DNA of 64,000 nt, taken from positions 1 to 64,000 of IMG/VR virus record IMGVR_UViG_3300035158_000222, one strand, 5' to 3'. Numbering within the stretch: the stretch's first letter is position 1; each line of letters opens with the position of its first letter. The stretch is from a virus. The notes beneath the pieces were generated by a model. It saw only the letters and a program-made list of their open reading frames with translations. It searched no databases and had not been told where the DNA came from. The translations under genes and the position numbers were made by a program. Of the stretch, positions 6,459 to 15,037 are shown piece by piece.

Positions 6459-7097
6459 TCAAGGGTATGTATAACCGTATGACTCTGCTAATGTTAGGAA
6501 TTTTTTCTTTATATCTCTATTGCACCTATGTAAATCTTCAAGCTTGAAGTACTTTGGATTCTCTCTCTGATTGTACTTTTTGACATATAATTCCTTGTCT
6601 TTATATCTTATACCAAGGGTTTTCAGAATGTCCGTCGGATCCTTGACAACTTCTTCTAACTTGAACCTAGCCTGACATAGGTTAGAGATCTCTTTATTCC
6701 ATGCAGTCCAGAAATATAGGTATCTATCCAGGCCATGGAACCGCATCATACTTGGTAGTCTCTTGCGTTTAAACATAGAGTATTCATTGGTCTCCATGAC
6801 CTGGTTGTCCAGGTGCTTGCCCTGATGCATGGAGCTCACAACCTTTAGGGGATCACGTACTACGTGAATGATCTGCACGCCTTCGCCCATGAAGTTATGA
6901 ATGAATGGCACCGCCATCCAGCTGCTGTCGCCTACGGCACCCTTTGGGTAGTATCCGTGGCCGGGTTGACCGAAGAACATTTCATGTCCTATCGGAACTC
7001 CAGCACTGGTGAATAGCTTAGCCATGTAACCGGTTCCGCTTCTTGGGGTTCCGGTTATTACGTACTTTAGTTTTCTTCCCTTTATACCAGCTGGCAT
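6459..7097 (-). CDS. Sulfotransferase-family protein
   Basis: VITGTPRSGT PAPS-binding loop, GHE, IHVVRDPLKVVSS 3'-phosphate motif. Confidence 0.8.
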   Translation of the reverse strand: MPAGIKGRKLKYVITGTPRSGTGYMAKLFTSAGVPIGHEMFFGQPGHGYYPKGAVGDSSWMAVPFIHNFMGEGVQIIHVVRDPLKVVSSMHQGKHLDNQVMETNEYSMFKRKRLPSMMRFHGLDRYLYFWTAWNKEISNLCQARFKLEEVVKDPTDILKTLGIRYKDKELYVKKYNQRENPKYFKLEDLHRCNRDIKKKFLTLAESYGYTYP

Positions 7098-7282
7098 AGT
7101 TAGTAGCGCCTGAGAGAATTTATAATTCTACTTACATGACACTGATTAATGTTAAATATTTTAGCTATTTCATATAGAAGAAGTATCTATGCGCTCTGTA
7201 TCTTCGCAGTTTATTATTTTCTTTTACATGAAGCTGGCCATATACATTGTAGCATGTGCTTCTGGTAAAATCCCAGCAACCA

Positions 7283-7765
7283 TTACTTCTTTTTACGTAA
7301 TACTTTTTTAGACTTTGTTTTCATGCTGGCATTTGTACAATTGATTAATTTTAATCCAGTTTGAGGCCTTGGCGTACCAGCCTTATCATGCTTCCAGCGT
7401 ATGATCCTGGTTATATGCTGTGTAAGGCGTTCATTGGCCCTGTTTAATTCAGGGGGCGTGATGTAGCGATCTTGGGCCATGTAGAAGATCTCGTGAGTAA
7501 TACAGTGGATTAGCTCATGAGTCAGTGCCTCGACCAGCAGCGCGTCATTATTTAGTGTCATCTCTCGCAGATACGGATAGATATGCATTTCTGCTACGTA
7601 GTAGTGATATGTGGGCGTGACCGTGGCTGCTACACGCAAACCATCTTTAGTGGTGTCCTTAGATTCGAAGTGAACATGGACTGACCAATGTTCCATAAGG
7701 AGATCTTTTCTCAGCTCCTCGAGATAGTCTCCAACTTTCTTTTGAAACTCTTTATCTATTGGCAT
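7283..7765 (-). CDS. Zincin-like metallopeptidase
   Basis: LTHELIHC HExxH with downstream E. Confidence 0.65.
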   Translation of the reverse strand: MPIDKEFQKKVGDYLEELRKDLLMEHWSVHVHFESKDTTKDGLRVAATVTPTYHYYVAEMHIYPYLREMTLNNDALLVEALTHELIHCITHEIFYMAQDRYITPPELNRANERLTQHITRIIRWKHDKAGTPRPQTGLKLINCTNASMKTKSKKVLRKKK

Positions 7766-8081
7766 GTGAACGATAGTATAGTAAATTAAAACGCTTAGTA
7801 GTGGGATCGGGATACTGGTTCTTGCAATTCTTACAAGTGAAGTAGTAGGTATGATAAGACTCTTCCTTTAATACTTCCACGGTAACATCGACCTTATCTC
7901 TGGCAAACTTAGTACACCCGCACTTACATGCGTCAGGCTGATGCTTGTATTCTTTTGTCTTGCGCTTGCGTGGCCAACGAAGTTCATTGGAGCAGTTCCT
8001 GCACCTGGCAGTAACCATCCCCTTCTCAGTTTTAAATTTCCAATCTGACTTACCACACTCACCGCACGGTTTCATTGCCAT
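7752..8081 (-). CDS. Double zinc-ribbon protein
   Basis: Four Cys pairs. Confidence 0.6.
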   Translation of the reverse strand: MAMKPCGECGKSDWKFKTEKGMVTARCRNCSNELRWPRKRKTKEYKHQPDACKCGCTKFARDKVDVTVEVLKEESYHTYYFTCKNCKNQYPDPTTKRFNLLYYRSHANR

Positions 8082-8187
8082 GATTCCATTGGCAGTGCTC
8101 GCACCATCGGCACTGAACTAATTTAGAAACGTTTGTGGGTTTGTAATTGTGCCAGCCCAGCTTGCACAATATTTTTAAAATCTTCAT
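8059..8187 (-). CDS. Small Cys/His zinc-finger protein (42 aa)
   Basis: MKILKILCKLGWHNY...QCRWC; below ORF-track cutoff. Confidence 0.5.
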   Translation of the reverse strand: MKILKILCKLGWHNYKPTNVSKLVQCRWCEHCQWNHGNETVR

Positions 8188-8190
8188 AGG

Positions 8191-8715
8191 TTAACCCTTA
8201 ACCTCCTTCGGAGCCAGAAGCTCCGCTAATACAGCCTTAGCTGTTAGTTTTTTTATGATAGCCTTCTTGAGCTCTTTGATTTTCTCAACTGCTAGTTTAC
8301 AGGGCCTATCTGTGTCACCTATGATTTCCGGAAGGTCCTTTTCTTCTATCTCTATCTGTGCTATTAGCTGAAGTTTCCATCTTCCGGTGACCTTATCGAA
8401 CTCAAATCCTATCTTTGCAAGAACTTCTTTTTCCTTCTTACTCCATGGATTCATCCAGTTTCCCCAACCAGATCCAACGCTGGTGGTAGTTTGGCTAGGC
8501 GGATAGTATGGACTAGTTATATTCGTACCTGTCCTGGATGTATTCGGAGCAGGAACAGTGCTGGGCTGTCCAGTCTGTGGATCTACCCATACCATATTGG
8601 CATAGTTACCCTGGGCATTTTGCATAGCCTGTATATTCAGAGCATTGGAATTCTTCATAGCCTTTCTGAGTTTAGCCTGTTGAGCTTTATATTTTTTGTA
8701 TTTACTACTGAACAT
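8191..8715 (-). CDS. Hypothetical protein
   Basis: Start MFSSK in TAATATG coupling with upstream gene. Confidence 0.65.
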   Translation of the reverse strand: MFSSKYKKYKAQQAKLRKAMKNSNALNIQAMQNAQGNYANMVWVDPQTGQPSTVPAPNTSRTGTNITSPYYPPSQTTTSVGSGWGNWMNPWSKKEKEVLAKIGFEFDKVTGRWKLQLIAQIEIEEKDLPEIIGDTDRPCKLAVEKIKELKKAIIKKLTAKAVLAELLAPKEVKG

Positions 8716-8716
8716 A

Positions 8717-9616
8717 TTAGTATCGTAACAGGAGCCTGACTGCATCATCGAAGCTCATGTTCTTGGATTCTACTATGAATTGTATAGTATCTCCGTTCCA
8801 TCCGCAACCATGGCAGTGAGCCCTGTTAGTATTATTATATATTGTAAAACTAGGATTCTTCTCGTTATGAAAGGGACATAGTGCCTGAGAATAGCCTGAG
8901 AGCTCCTGTGCTTTGATTAGAGAGCCGTAGGGCACTTTCCTGGCCTGAGCCTTCATTTCGGCTGTAATATGCCTAGAATCGGCTTGTGTGCCCTCGTAGT
9001 AAGCGATAGAACCACGGTTGGATTTAAGTTCTTTGTACAGTTTCTCAATATTTGACATGCTTTTAGCCACATTTACGAACCAACTAGGGCTATCCATCTC
9101 ATGTAATATGCGAAGATTAGTCTTTATTTCCTCTATCTGCGAACTTAAGTTCGCGTTTTCTTCCTTGAGGTACATAATCCTGGCCTTTTTCATGTCTGGT
9201 CCTATATCCGATAGGAAGATATCATCTCGGAATTCGGCCATTGCTGACTGAAGTTCGTGCTCATCCTGCGGCCGGTTCTTTGCCAGCTTACCAAGACTGT
9301 TGGTAGTATAGATATCATCCCACTCTTCCCAGTATCTTTTAAACCATTCGATAAAATCCTCCCAGTGATAGTTTTTAGCCATACGCTCAAGGCCCATTAT
9401 TGTACTATGTTTAACTACATAGCTTTCGTTGGTGATCTTCTGTGTTACCCAATGCATTGTCTGTCTGGCATCTTTACGATAGAACTCCAGCAACTTCCTG
9501 GACACGAAGCCGTCCTCAGATATCGGACCCATGAATCCGGTATCACGCAGTACAAGTTGTTTGCCGGGCCTTTCGAGAATTTCGAATAAGTGGCCCAGTC
9601 CAAAATAAATGTTCAT
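8717..9616 (-). CDS. Protein with C-terminal CHC2 (primase-type) zinc finger
   Basis: LCPFHNEKNPSF...HCHGCGWNGDTIQF. Confidence 0.85.
   Translation of the reverse strand: MNIYFGLGHLFEILERPGKQLVLRDTGFMGPISEDGFVSRKLLEFYRKDARQTMHWVTQKITNESYVVKHSTIMGLERMAKNYHWEDFIEWFKRYWEEWDDIYTTNSLGKLAKNRPQDEHELQSAMAEFRDDIFLSDIGPDMKKARIMYLKEENANLSSQIEEIKTNLRILHEMDSPSWFVNVAKSMSNIEKLYKELKSNRGSIAYYEGTQADSRHITAEMKAQARKVPYGSLIKAQELSGYSQALCPFHNEKNPSFTIYNNTNRAHCHGCGWNGDTIQFIVESKNMSFDDAVRLLLRY
9140..9153. repeat. Palindrome CGAACTTAAGTTCG copy 1 (in CDS)
   Basis: Exact; extends to 16 bp (9139-9154). Confidence 0.95.
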
Positions 9617-9909
9617 CTAAGTCGTCCTCCTAGTTTATCATTAAGTTTAAATATGATCTTGTATCCGCCGGGGTACTTCATTTTTACTCTTCGTTTTTTC
9701 TGGAAATCGTGAACTTCCCTGATGAACGGCTTTATAGAATTCCTCTTGAAGAATCCCAGGTATGGGAATACGAACTTCCCCTTAACACGAAGTTCGCGCT
9801 CCATGATCTTGATCATACACAGTAGTATATACTCTATATCAGACGCGCTGAACCCGGTAGTCTGTGATACTTGTTTGAAGAATGCTTTTGGATCTATGAA
9901 CTTTGACAT
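9613..9909 (-). CDS. Divergent HU/IHF-family DNA-binding protein
   Basis: Two helices then GKFVFPYLGFF...IIFKLNDKL. Confidence 0.65.
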   Translation of the reverse strand: MSKFIDPKAFFKQVSQTTGFSASDIEYILLCMIKIMERELRVKGKFVFPYLGFFKRNSIKPFIREVHDFQKKRRVKMKYPGGYKIIFKLNDKLGGRLR

Positions 9910-10211
9910 GATTCATGCGTCCAGCCCCACATAAGATTGAACTCCTGCCAGAATTTCTCTAGTGACTTCTTGTCTTTACGCGGGAACTTCATAAATTCTC
10001 TTCGTGCTTCTATGTTTGTACTAAGAAGATCGAGTAACCACTTCTTGAACTCTTCTTGTTGTTCATTGTTCCATGTATGTGACTGGAACCAGTTCTGGCT
10101 TTCGAAGTCTACGTTGTCAGGATCTACGTTAATAACCTGGCACATTTTGCAGATTGCCAGATTTAAGTACTTTGGCAGGTCTTTTCCTTTTACGCTTAGC
10201 TGTTTTTTCAT
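9894..10211 (-). CDS. Hypothetical protein
   Basis: ORF on coding strand, overlapping neighbours. Confidence 0.7.
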   Translation of the reverse strand: MKKQLSVKGKDLPKYLNLAICKMCQVINVDPDNVDFESQNWFQSHTWNNEQQEEFKKWLLDLLSTNIEARREFMKFPRKDKKSLEKFWQEFNLMWGWTHESCQSS

Positions 10212-10425
10212 AATAATTAATTAGCTTATTGTAAGCCGCAAGCGACACAACAAGGCTGTTATAATAATATGTCCTGCAGTTTAAATCCTGGAATTCTCCT
10301 TTATACTCTTCCGGCTCATCCAGAACAAGATATATCATGTGTCCCTCTATACCGAGGGACACATGTACAAGCTTTCTGCCCCTAGCAAAATGCACCTGAA
10401 AAGAGTTTTTCGTAATTTTTTTCAT
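10129..10425 (-). CDS. Hypothetical protein
   Basis: From MKKITKN; fills gap between neighbours. Confidence 0.5.
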   Translation of the reverse strand: MKKITKNSFQVHFARGRKLVHVSLGIEGHMIYLVLDEPEEYKGEFQDLNCRTYYYNSLVVSLAAYNKLINYYEKTAKRKRKRPAKVLKSGNLQNVPGY

Positions 10426-10756
10426 TATGTTTCCTGTAAACGAGGACGTTGGTCCGACCGAGGCCGATTTCACAGTCGTCAAAGGTGAGGTCAATCTCTC
10501 TTTTATGGCCGCCCAGCTCAGGCTTAGCAATACAGTCGGTGACAATTCCCGTGATTCCAAGCTTTTCGCAGATGGTCTTAGCATAATCAATACCGCCAGC
10601 GGACCAGACGTATATATTGTCGCCGTTATTGTAGAACCAACGCATGACAGCTATCATGTCGTAGTCCGGGACCTGACGCTTAAGTTTAACATCTACTTTA
10701 TAAATTGTGTCATCAACGTCAAACGCTACGTTTATTGGTTTTGGATTCTTAGACAT
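10382..10756 (-). CDS. HAD-superfamily phosphatase-like protein
   Basis: AFDVDDT, VWSAGG, K, FDD. Confidence 0.8.
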   Translation of the reverse strand: MSKNPKPINVAFDVDDTIYKVDVKLKRQVPDYDMIAVMRWFYNNGDNIYVWSAGGIDYAKTICEKLGITGIVTDCIAKPELGGHKREIDLTFDDCEIGLGRTNVLVYRKHNEKNYEKLFSGAFC

Positions 10757-10769
10757 AGGTTCTGATAAA

Positions 10770-10824
10770 GCGACACGAGCCCTGGGGCAGGGGGAAGGAG
10801 GGTTACCCTTAGGCTACACGCCGC
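10770..10824 (-). other. GC-rich intergenic stem-loop
   Basis: GCGGCGTG/CGTGTCGC and AGCCT/GGGCT pair via G-U on minus strand. Confidence 0.45.
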
Positions 10825-10835
10825 CCTATCAAAAT

Positions 10836-10973
10836 CTATTTTGACCAAAATTTCTCGGGCAGTTCTACTTTGTCAATCTTAATCTTCTGCAGTTTTTTCA
10901 CGGAACCGCCTGAGACTTTCATTTTCTTTTTCTTACGACGCTTATCTTCGCGCCGCTCTCCTTTTGTTTTCAT
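10836..10973 (-). CDS. Small basic protein
   Basis: MKTKGERREDKRRKKKK; ATGA overlap. Confidence 0.5.
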   Translation of the reverse strand: MKTKGERREDKRRKKKKMKVSGGSVKKLQKIKIDKVELPEKFWSK

Positions 10974-11317
10974 AACTTTGATGCTTCTTCGAGCTTTTCT
11001 TTGTTCTCGTTCCACCAATCGCGAGCTTTACTGATGCATCTGCTGGGATCAGAATCCTTAAACATCTTCTTTACCTGGATTCCTTTGTAGTTATAACCGA
11101 GAGTACATCTGAATCCCCTGATTAAAGACTTTGTCACAAAGAAGGTTTCGATCTTCTTGTCTTTTGCAAAATCTAAATTAAAGACGCTGCAATATACGCG
11201 TGGCATAGCTGCAGGTTTGCTCTCTTTGCCCTTCTTGTATGCATATGTAAGAGCTGTAAATAATGGCGCTAACACAAAGCAAGCTGCTATGATAAATAGT
11301 ATTTTGTTAGTGGTCAT
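10970..11317 (-). CDS. Membrane-anchored hypothetical protein
   Basis: From MTTNK; N-terminal TM helix. Confidence 0.65.
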   Translation of the reverse strand: MTTNKILFIIAACFVLAPLFTALTYAYKKGKESKPAAMPRVYCSVFNLDFAKDKKIETFFVTKSLIRGFRCTLGYNYKGIQVKKMFKDSDPSRCISKARDWWNENKEKLEEASKL

Positions 11318-11338
11318 ATATTTGAAGTTAATTATCTG

Positions 11339-11453
11339 CTCCGGGCTGCCCGCCTCTTGGAACCGCGAGGCGAACAGTAGGCTCATGCGGGTTCGAAGTG
11401 CACGAGTGCTGTTTATAAATCCCCATGCTTGTTGATAATGAAACAGCCCGGAG
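11339..11453 (-). other. Intergenic fold closed by a 10-bp perfect inverted repeat
   Basis: CTCCGGGCTG/CAGCCCGGAG, inner CGCCTC/GAGGCG. Confidence 0.55.
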
Positions 11454-11459
11454 AAGACA

Positions 11460-12290
11460 TTAGGCTTTTAATGTCTTCTCTTCTTCCGCGCTTATAGCGG
11501 GAATAAGTAATTTACTTGCGTACGTAAGTAAAACCATCTTGCCCATTACACCTGTCTCACGCTGCTTAATAATGTGAACCTCAGTGTTGTTGGTGAAATC
11601 GTACTTACGTGACGACCATCCTTTGAGCTTCTGCGGTTGCCTGTGTATGGCATATACCGCATCAGATTCCTGTGCTATCCAGGATGAGTCACGCAACGAG
11701 GACATGGTCGGAGCTGTCGGAACCTTGCTCATATCAGGCGGTTGCTTGGTATGCGCGCAAAGAAAGATAGCAACGTCCAAGTCCTTGGTCATTTGTTTTA
11801 AAGTTCTCATTACATGGCCTACGCGATTAGTGTATCTGGTTCTGTCGTCTGTATCGTCTATACCTATAACATAATGCAGATGGTCTATAAATACAACCCT
11901 GGCTTCGAATTTATCTATTCCTTCCTGTATCTTCTTCGCTAGCCACTCAAGGTCGTATGGTTTATTTTTCTTCGGGATGAAGAAGTTCGGTAATGGATCG
12001 GGGAAGTGCCTGAACAGCTGCCTATATGGTACTTCGTATGAGATAAATGTGACAGCCATTCCTTGTCTGGCCAGATTACTGATAAGAGTTTGGCAGAACG
12101 TAGTCTTTCCGAACCCGCTGTATCCAGTAACCGTGACGAGCTCACCGGTAGCAAATCCGTTCGTATAGTAATCCAGGTTCTCTATTCCAAACTTTAACTG
12201 CGGAGTCTGTGGTGTCTGCTTCAGGGCTTCATGCATATCATTAGAGCTAACAAGTCTATCTTCTCCGTTATAGTTCTTTAGTTTGCTCAT
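11460..12290 (-). CDS. DnaB-like replicative helicase (RecA domain only)
   Basis: GYSGFGKT, ISYEV, VFIDHLH, LRDSSWIAQESD, KQR. Confidence 0.9.
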   Translation of the reverse strand: MSKLKNYNGEDRLVSSNDMHEALKQTPQTPQLKFGIENLDYYTNGFATGELVTVTGYSGFGKTTFCQTLISNLARQGMAVTFISYEVPYRQLFRHFPDPLPNFFIPKKNKPYDLEWLAKKIQEGIDKFEARVVFIDHLHYVIGIDDTDDRTRYTNRVGHVMRTLKQMTKDLDVAIFLCAHTKQPPDMSKVPTAPTMSSLRDSSWIAQESDAVYAIHRQPQKLKGWSSRKYDFTNNTEVHIIKQRETGVMGKMVLLTYASKLLIPAISAEEEKTLKA

Positions 12291-12294
12291 AGAT

Positions 12295-12807
12295 TTATCG
12301 CTCTTGAAGCCACTTATTCCATATACCGTTACCTAGTATGGTCTTTATGGAACACGCAAAGTTTTGATAGTTGTCATGATTCATGTACCAATCAAAACAG
12401 TCCGTTATCTCGTCTACGCTGTAGTCTTTGAGATATCTCTTGATGATAGCTCCTTCTACGGCGTGATTGATTCTTGGTGTGAACCCACGTATGTTTTCAC
12501 AGTATTGTACAAAGGCCTTCTTTACCTCTGTGACCCGGGGGTCAGTCTGTCTCTTTCTGTTTTCGTCTTTCTTCTTCTCCGATAGGAAGAATGTTGCATG
12601 GAGTCTGAACTTCTGTCGCTCCCCGCCCGGGAGCTTTTCGTATTCTCTCTCCGTATCCCGCATCATTTTGTCATAATGCGCCTTGGAGATAGTTATTGAT
12701 CCGTCAGCATTGGGTGTTCCGATCTTCTTAAGATGATAGACAAAGCCGAGATATAATCGAAAACATACTCGGGCATACCTTTCACTAAGTGATAGTCGCT
12801 TCGACAT
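12295..12807 (-). CDS. Hypothetical replication-associated protein
   Basis: Directly upstream of helicase; helical C-terminus like initiator C-domains. Confidence 0.55.
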   Translation of the reverse strand: MSKRLSLSERYARVCFRLYLGFVYHLKKIGTPNADGSITISKAHYDKMMRDTEREYEKLPGGERQKFRLHATFFLSEKKKDENRKRQTDPRVTEVKKAFVQYCENIRGFTPRINHAVEGAIIKRYLKDYSVDEITDCFDWYMNHDNYQNFACSIKTILGNGIWNKWLQER

Positions 12808-12813
12808 AGTGAT

Positions 12814-13050
12814 TTATTTCTTCTTAGGGAAAGTCATGCTCAGATCGTCATTGACCTTGACAAAGTTATTATCCTTCCGGATCTTGGCTATGGCATCTTT
12901 CAGGGTCTGCGTACAGTTCTGACAAGAGAGGCTCTCTTTGACAGCCTGTAATTTAGGGTGCATCTCGCTGAAGTTACCAATGGGCCGATCCGATATTGCA
13001 GACATGATTACCTCTTGTCCACAACAATCGCAATAATGCTTAGTAGCCAT
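12814..13050 (-). CDS. Small zinc-ribbon protein
   Basis: YCDCCG...CQNC. Confidence 0.6.
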   Translation of the reverse strand: MATKHYCDCCGQEVIMSAISDRPIGNFSEMHPKLQAVKESLSCQNCTQTLKDAIAKIRKDNNFVKVNDDLSMTFPKKK

Positions 13051-13051
13051 A

Positions 13052-13390
13052 TTATTTTCCCTGTGAGATTTTTCTCACATGCTCTATGTATTGGTTCGTT
13101 AATACCTCGCACTTGTCCTTGACCGCGTCTATCTCCAGAAGATGTTTCATCTTAGAGGCCTTCTTGTCTATGCCTTTTACGGTAATGACTTCAGGTATCA
13201 ATAACATTTTGGTATCTGGATCCGCATCGACGGGGCCTTGAACGGCTACGTTCCAGACATCTTTGATTCCTAGTCTGTCTACTTTTTCCACGGCATGATC
13301 CGAGACTAGGGCCGGAACTACCATGAACATATTTTCTTTCCTGGCTCCGATCAAGAGCCAGAATCCTATTGTAGCTGAATACTGTTTCAT
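13052..13390 (-). CDS. Hypothetical protein
   Basis: From MKQYS; coupled to neighbours. Confidence 0.6.
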   Translation of the reverse strand: MKQYSATIGFWLLIGARKENMFMVVPALVSDHAVEKVDRLGIKDVWNVAVQGPVDADPDTKMLLIPEVITVKGIDKKASKMKHLLEIDAVKDKCEVLTNQYIEHVRKISQGK

Positions 13391-13391
13391 G

Positions 13392-13973
13392 TTATTTGTT
13401 GGGATCTTCATCCCATTTACTCCCGCAACCGCCGGTGCACTTCCAGTACTTCACCTTGATCACATTGTGATCGCAGCTATTCGCATCAGCGATTGTATCT
13501 TTATCTCCTTTGGCCTCGATAAAGAGATCTTGTGCCGTAAGGCTCTCGGCTTTCTGCAACCATTCTTCTCTGTCCCGGTTACTATCTGCATCAAGGGCTC
13601 GCGCTACGAGATCCAGCTTAGTATAACCAATGCCGGCCAGACGCTTCTCCTCTATTGAGCCGTCCTGCATAAAGTTTTCAAAGACTCTTATAAGTTTCTG
13701 TGCTACACGAACCCTGCTTGAATCCGTTGTCCCCGGGAGTGGGATATCAGGTTCCCGCAGGAAATCGTTGAACTTGTAGTCGACAGAAGAATCGGCAGCC
13801 TTATATGTTTCTTTCTTTCTGATCTCATATAAAGCTTTGCCTGCTCTCAGAAGTCCCAGCTGGCCAAATACCAGAGACTCCTTTAACTCCTTCACCAGTT
13901 TAGTATGCTCTTTGGCTAGAGCCACTTCGTCGGTGATTGGAGCTTCATCAAATGTGATTGCTTTTTCTGCCAT
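13392..13973 (-). CDS. Hypothetical protein with C-terminal zinc ribbon
   Basis: Helical body; CDH...CTGGC. Confidence 0.7.
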   Translation of the reverse strand: MAEKAITFDEAPITDEVALAKEHTKLVKELKESLVFGQLGLLRAGKALYEIRKKETYKAADSSVDYKFNDFLREPDIPLPGTTDSSRVRVAQKLIRVFENFMQDGSIEEKRLAGIGYTKLDLVARALDADSNRDREEWLQKAESLTAQDLFIEAKGDKDTIADANSCDHNVIKVKYWKCTGGCGSKWDEDPNK

Positions 13974-13980
13974 AAGATTT

Positions 13981-14099
13981 AAAAAAGGGAGAGAGGGAAA
14001 TGATTATTTAACATTAGGGAAGTGTAGCTCTCTGTGGCAGTTAGGACATAGCGGAGTAACATTATCTTTTGTATATCTGCCTCCATTCCCCTCTCCCCC
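13981..14099 (-). terminator. Long-loop stem + U-tract after ssb
   Basis: 16-bp helix 14084-14099/13987-14002 followed by T6 on minus strand. Confidence 0.5.
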
Positions 14100-14108
14100 G
14101 GTTAATAT
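14004..14108 (-). pseudogene. HNH endonuclease C-terminal remnant
   Basis: GGRYTKDNVTPLCPNCHRELH with no start codon. Confidence 0.7.
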
Positions 14109-14885
14109 CTAGAATGGAATCTTACTGACGTCAATTTCTTCTTTGTCGACCGCATCTGCTGTGATCTCCGGATGACCATTCGGTTCTTCCTCTTTGGGCT
14201 TCTCTGATTCTCTCTGAGCGATCCTATCGTTGTAGGACTTGTACTCACTGTCGATTGTATCCAGAGTTTCTCCCATTTTCTCCATGTGCGGACCGATCTT
14301 GTCGAGATCTGAGTCATTACCTGACTCAAATGTAAGATGATAGAATACGTTTCCGCCCTGGCCTTGGCCCTGCATCACGCCTACCTTGGTCTCAACTTCG
14401 AATAGTTCCTTCCCGTCTTTAGCGAGATCCTTGACATAGTCTACGAGGGCCTGTCGGCTTTTCCCGCGGACGTTCATCTTGTGAACCTCATCCATATACA
14501 GAAGATATAAGTTGTCATTGATCCGGAGCTTCGGGAATTCATTCCTGAGTTCTTCGATAACTCCTGACTTGAGGGCTTTTGTTTTCTGGCTGCCCACAGC
14601 TTCGAAGATGGTGATGTGATCGGCATAGTTATTATGCTCGTTGGTGAATCTTCGGATTGCACCGTTCGAGCTTTTTTCGTAAGACGAATAGATCCGTCTT
14701 CGACGTAGCCCTACGAGGATAATCTCCTTAGGCTGTTCTTCACCGTCTTTGAAGTTACCAGCCGGGAATCGTGTGATGATCCCAGTGTTCCCGTTGAACT
14801 TCAACGTGGGAACTGTGTACTTAGTTCTGGCGGTTTGGCCGCCCCCTGAGTGCTTTCTAAGCGACTCCTTAGTGTACTGTGTCAT
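14109..14885 (-). CDS. Single-stranded DNA-binding protein
   Basis: LKFNGNTG N-terminus, acidic tail ending EIDVSKIPF. Confidence 0.7.
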   Translation of the reverse strand: MTQYTKESLRKHSGGGQTARTKYTVPTLKFNGNTGIITRFPAGNFKDGEEQPKEIILVGLRRRRIYSSYEKSSNGAIRRFTNEHNNYADHITIFEAVGSQKTKALKSGVIEELRNEFPKLRINDNLYLLYMDEVHKMNVRGKSRQALVDYVKDLAKDGKELFEVETKVGVMQGQGQGGNVFYHLTFESGNDSDLDKIGPHMEKMGETLDTIDSEYKSYNDRIAQRESEKPKEEEPNGHPEITADAVDKEEIDVSKIPF

Positions 14886-14967
14886 ACAGTTTTTGCAGTC
14901 TCAAGAAAGTCCTGCATGGGAATCTCTATGAGCCTGCCTATTTATAAATTTTGTAAGTTCTTATTTT

Positions 14968-15013
14968 AGTATATCAGAATGTAAATATCTGTCAAGAGGG
15001 GATATGTGGAAAA
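14968..15013 (-). promoter_or_regulatory. Sigma70 promoter with adjacent DnaA-type box
   Basis: TTGACA-16-(TGn)TATACT; TGTGGAAAA at 15005-15013. Confidence 0.7.
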
Positions 15014-15037
15014 ATCAAGGGGGTATGTTAGCTAACC

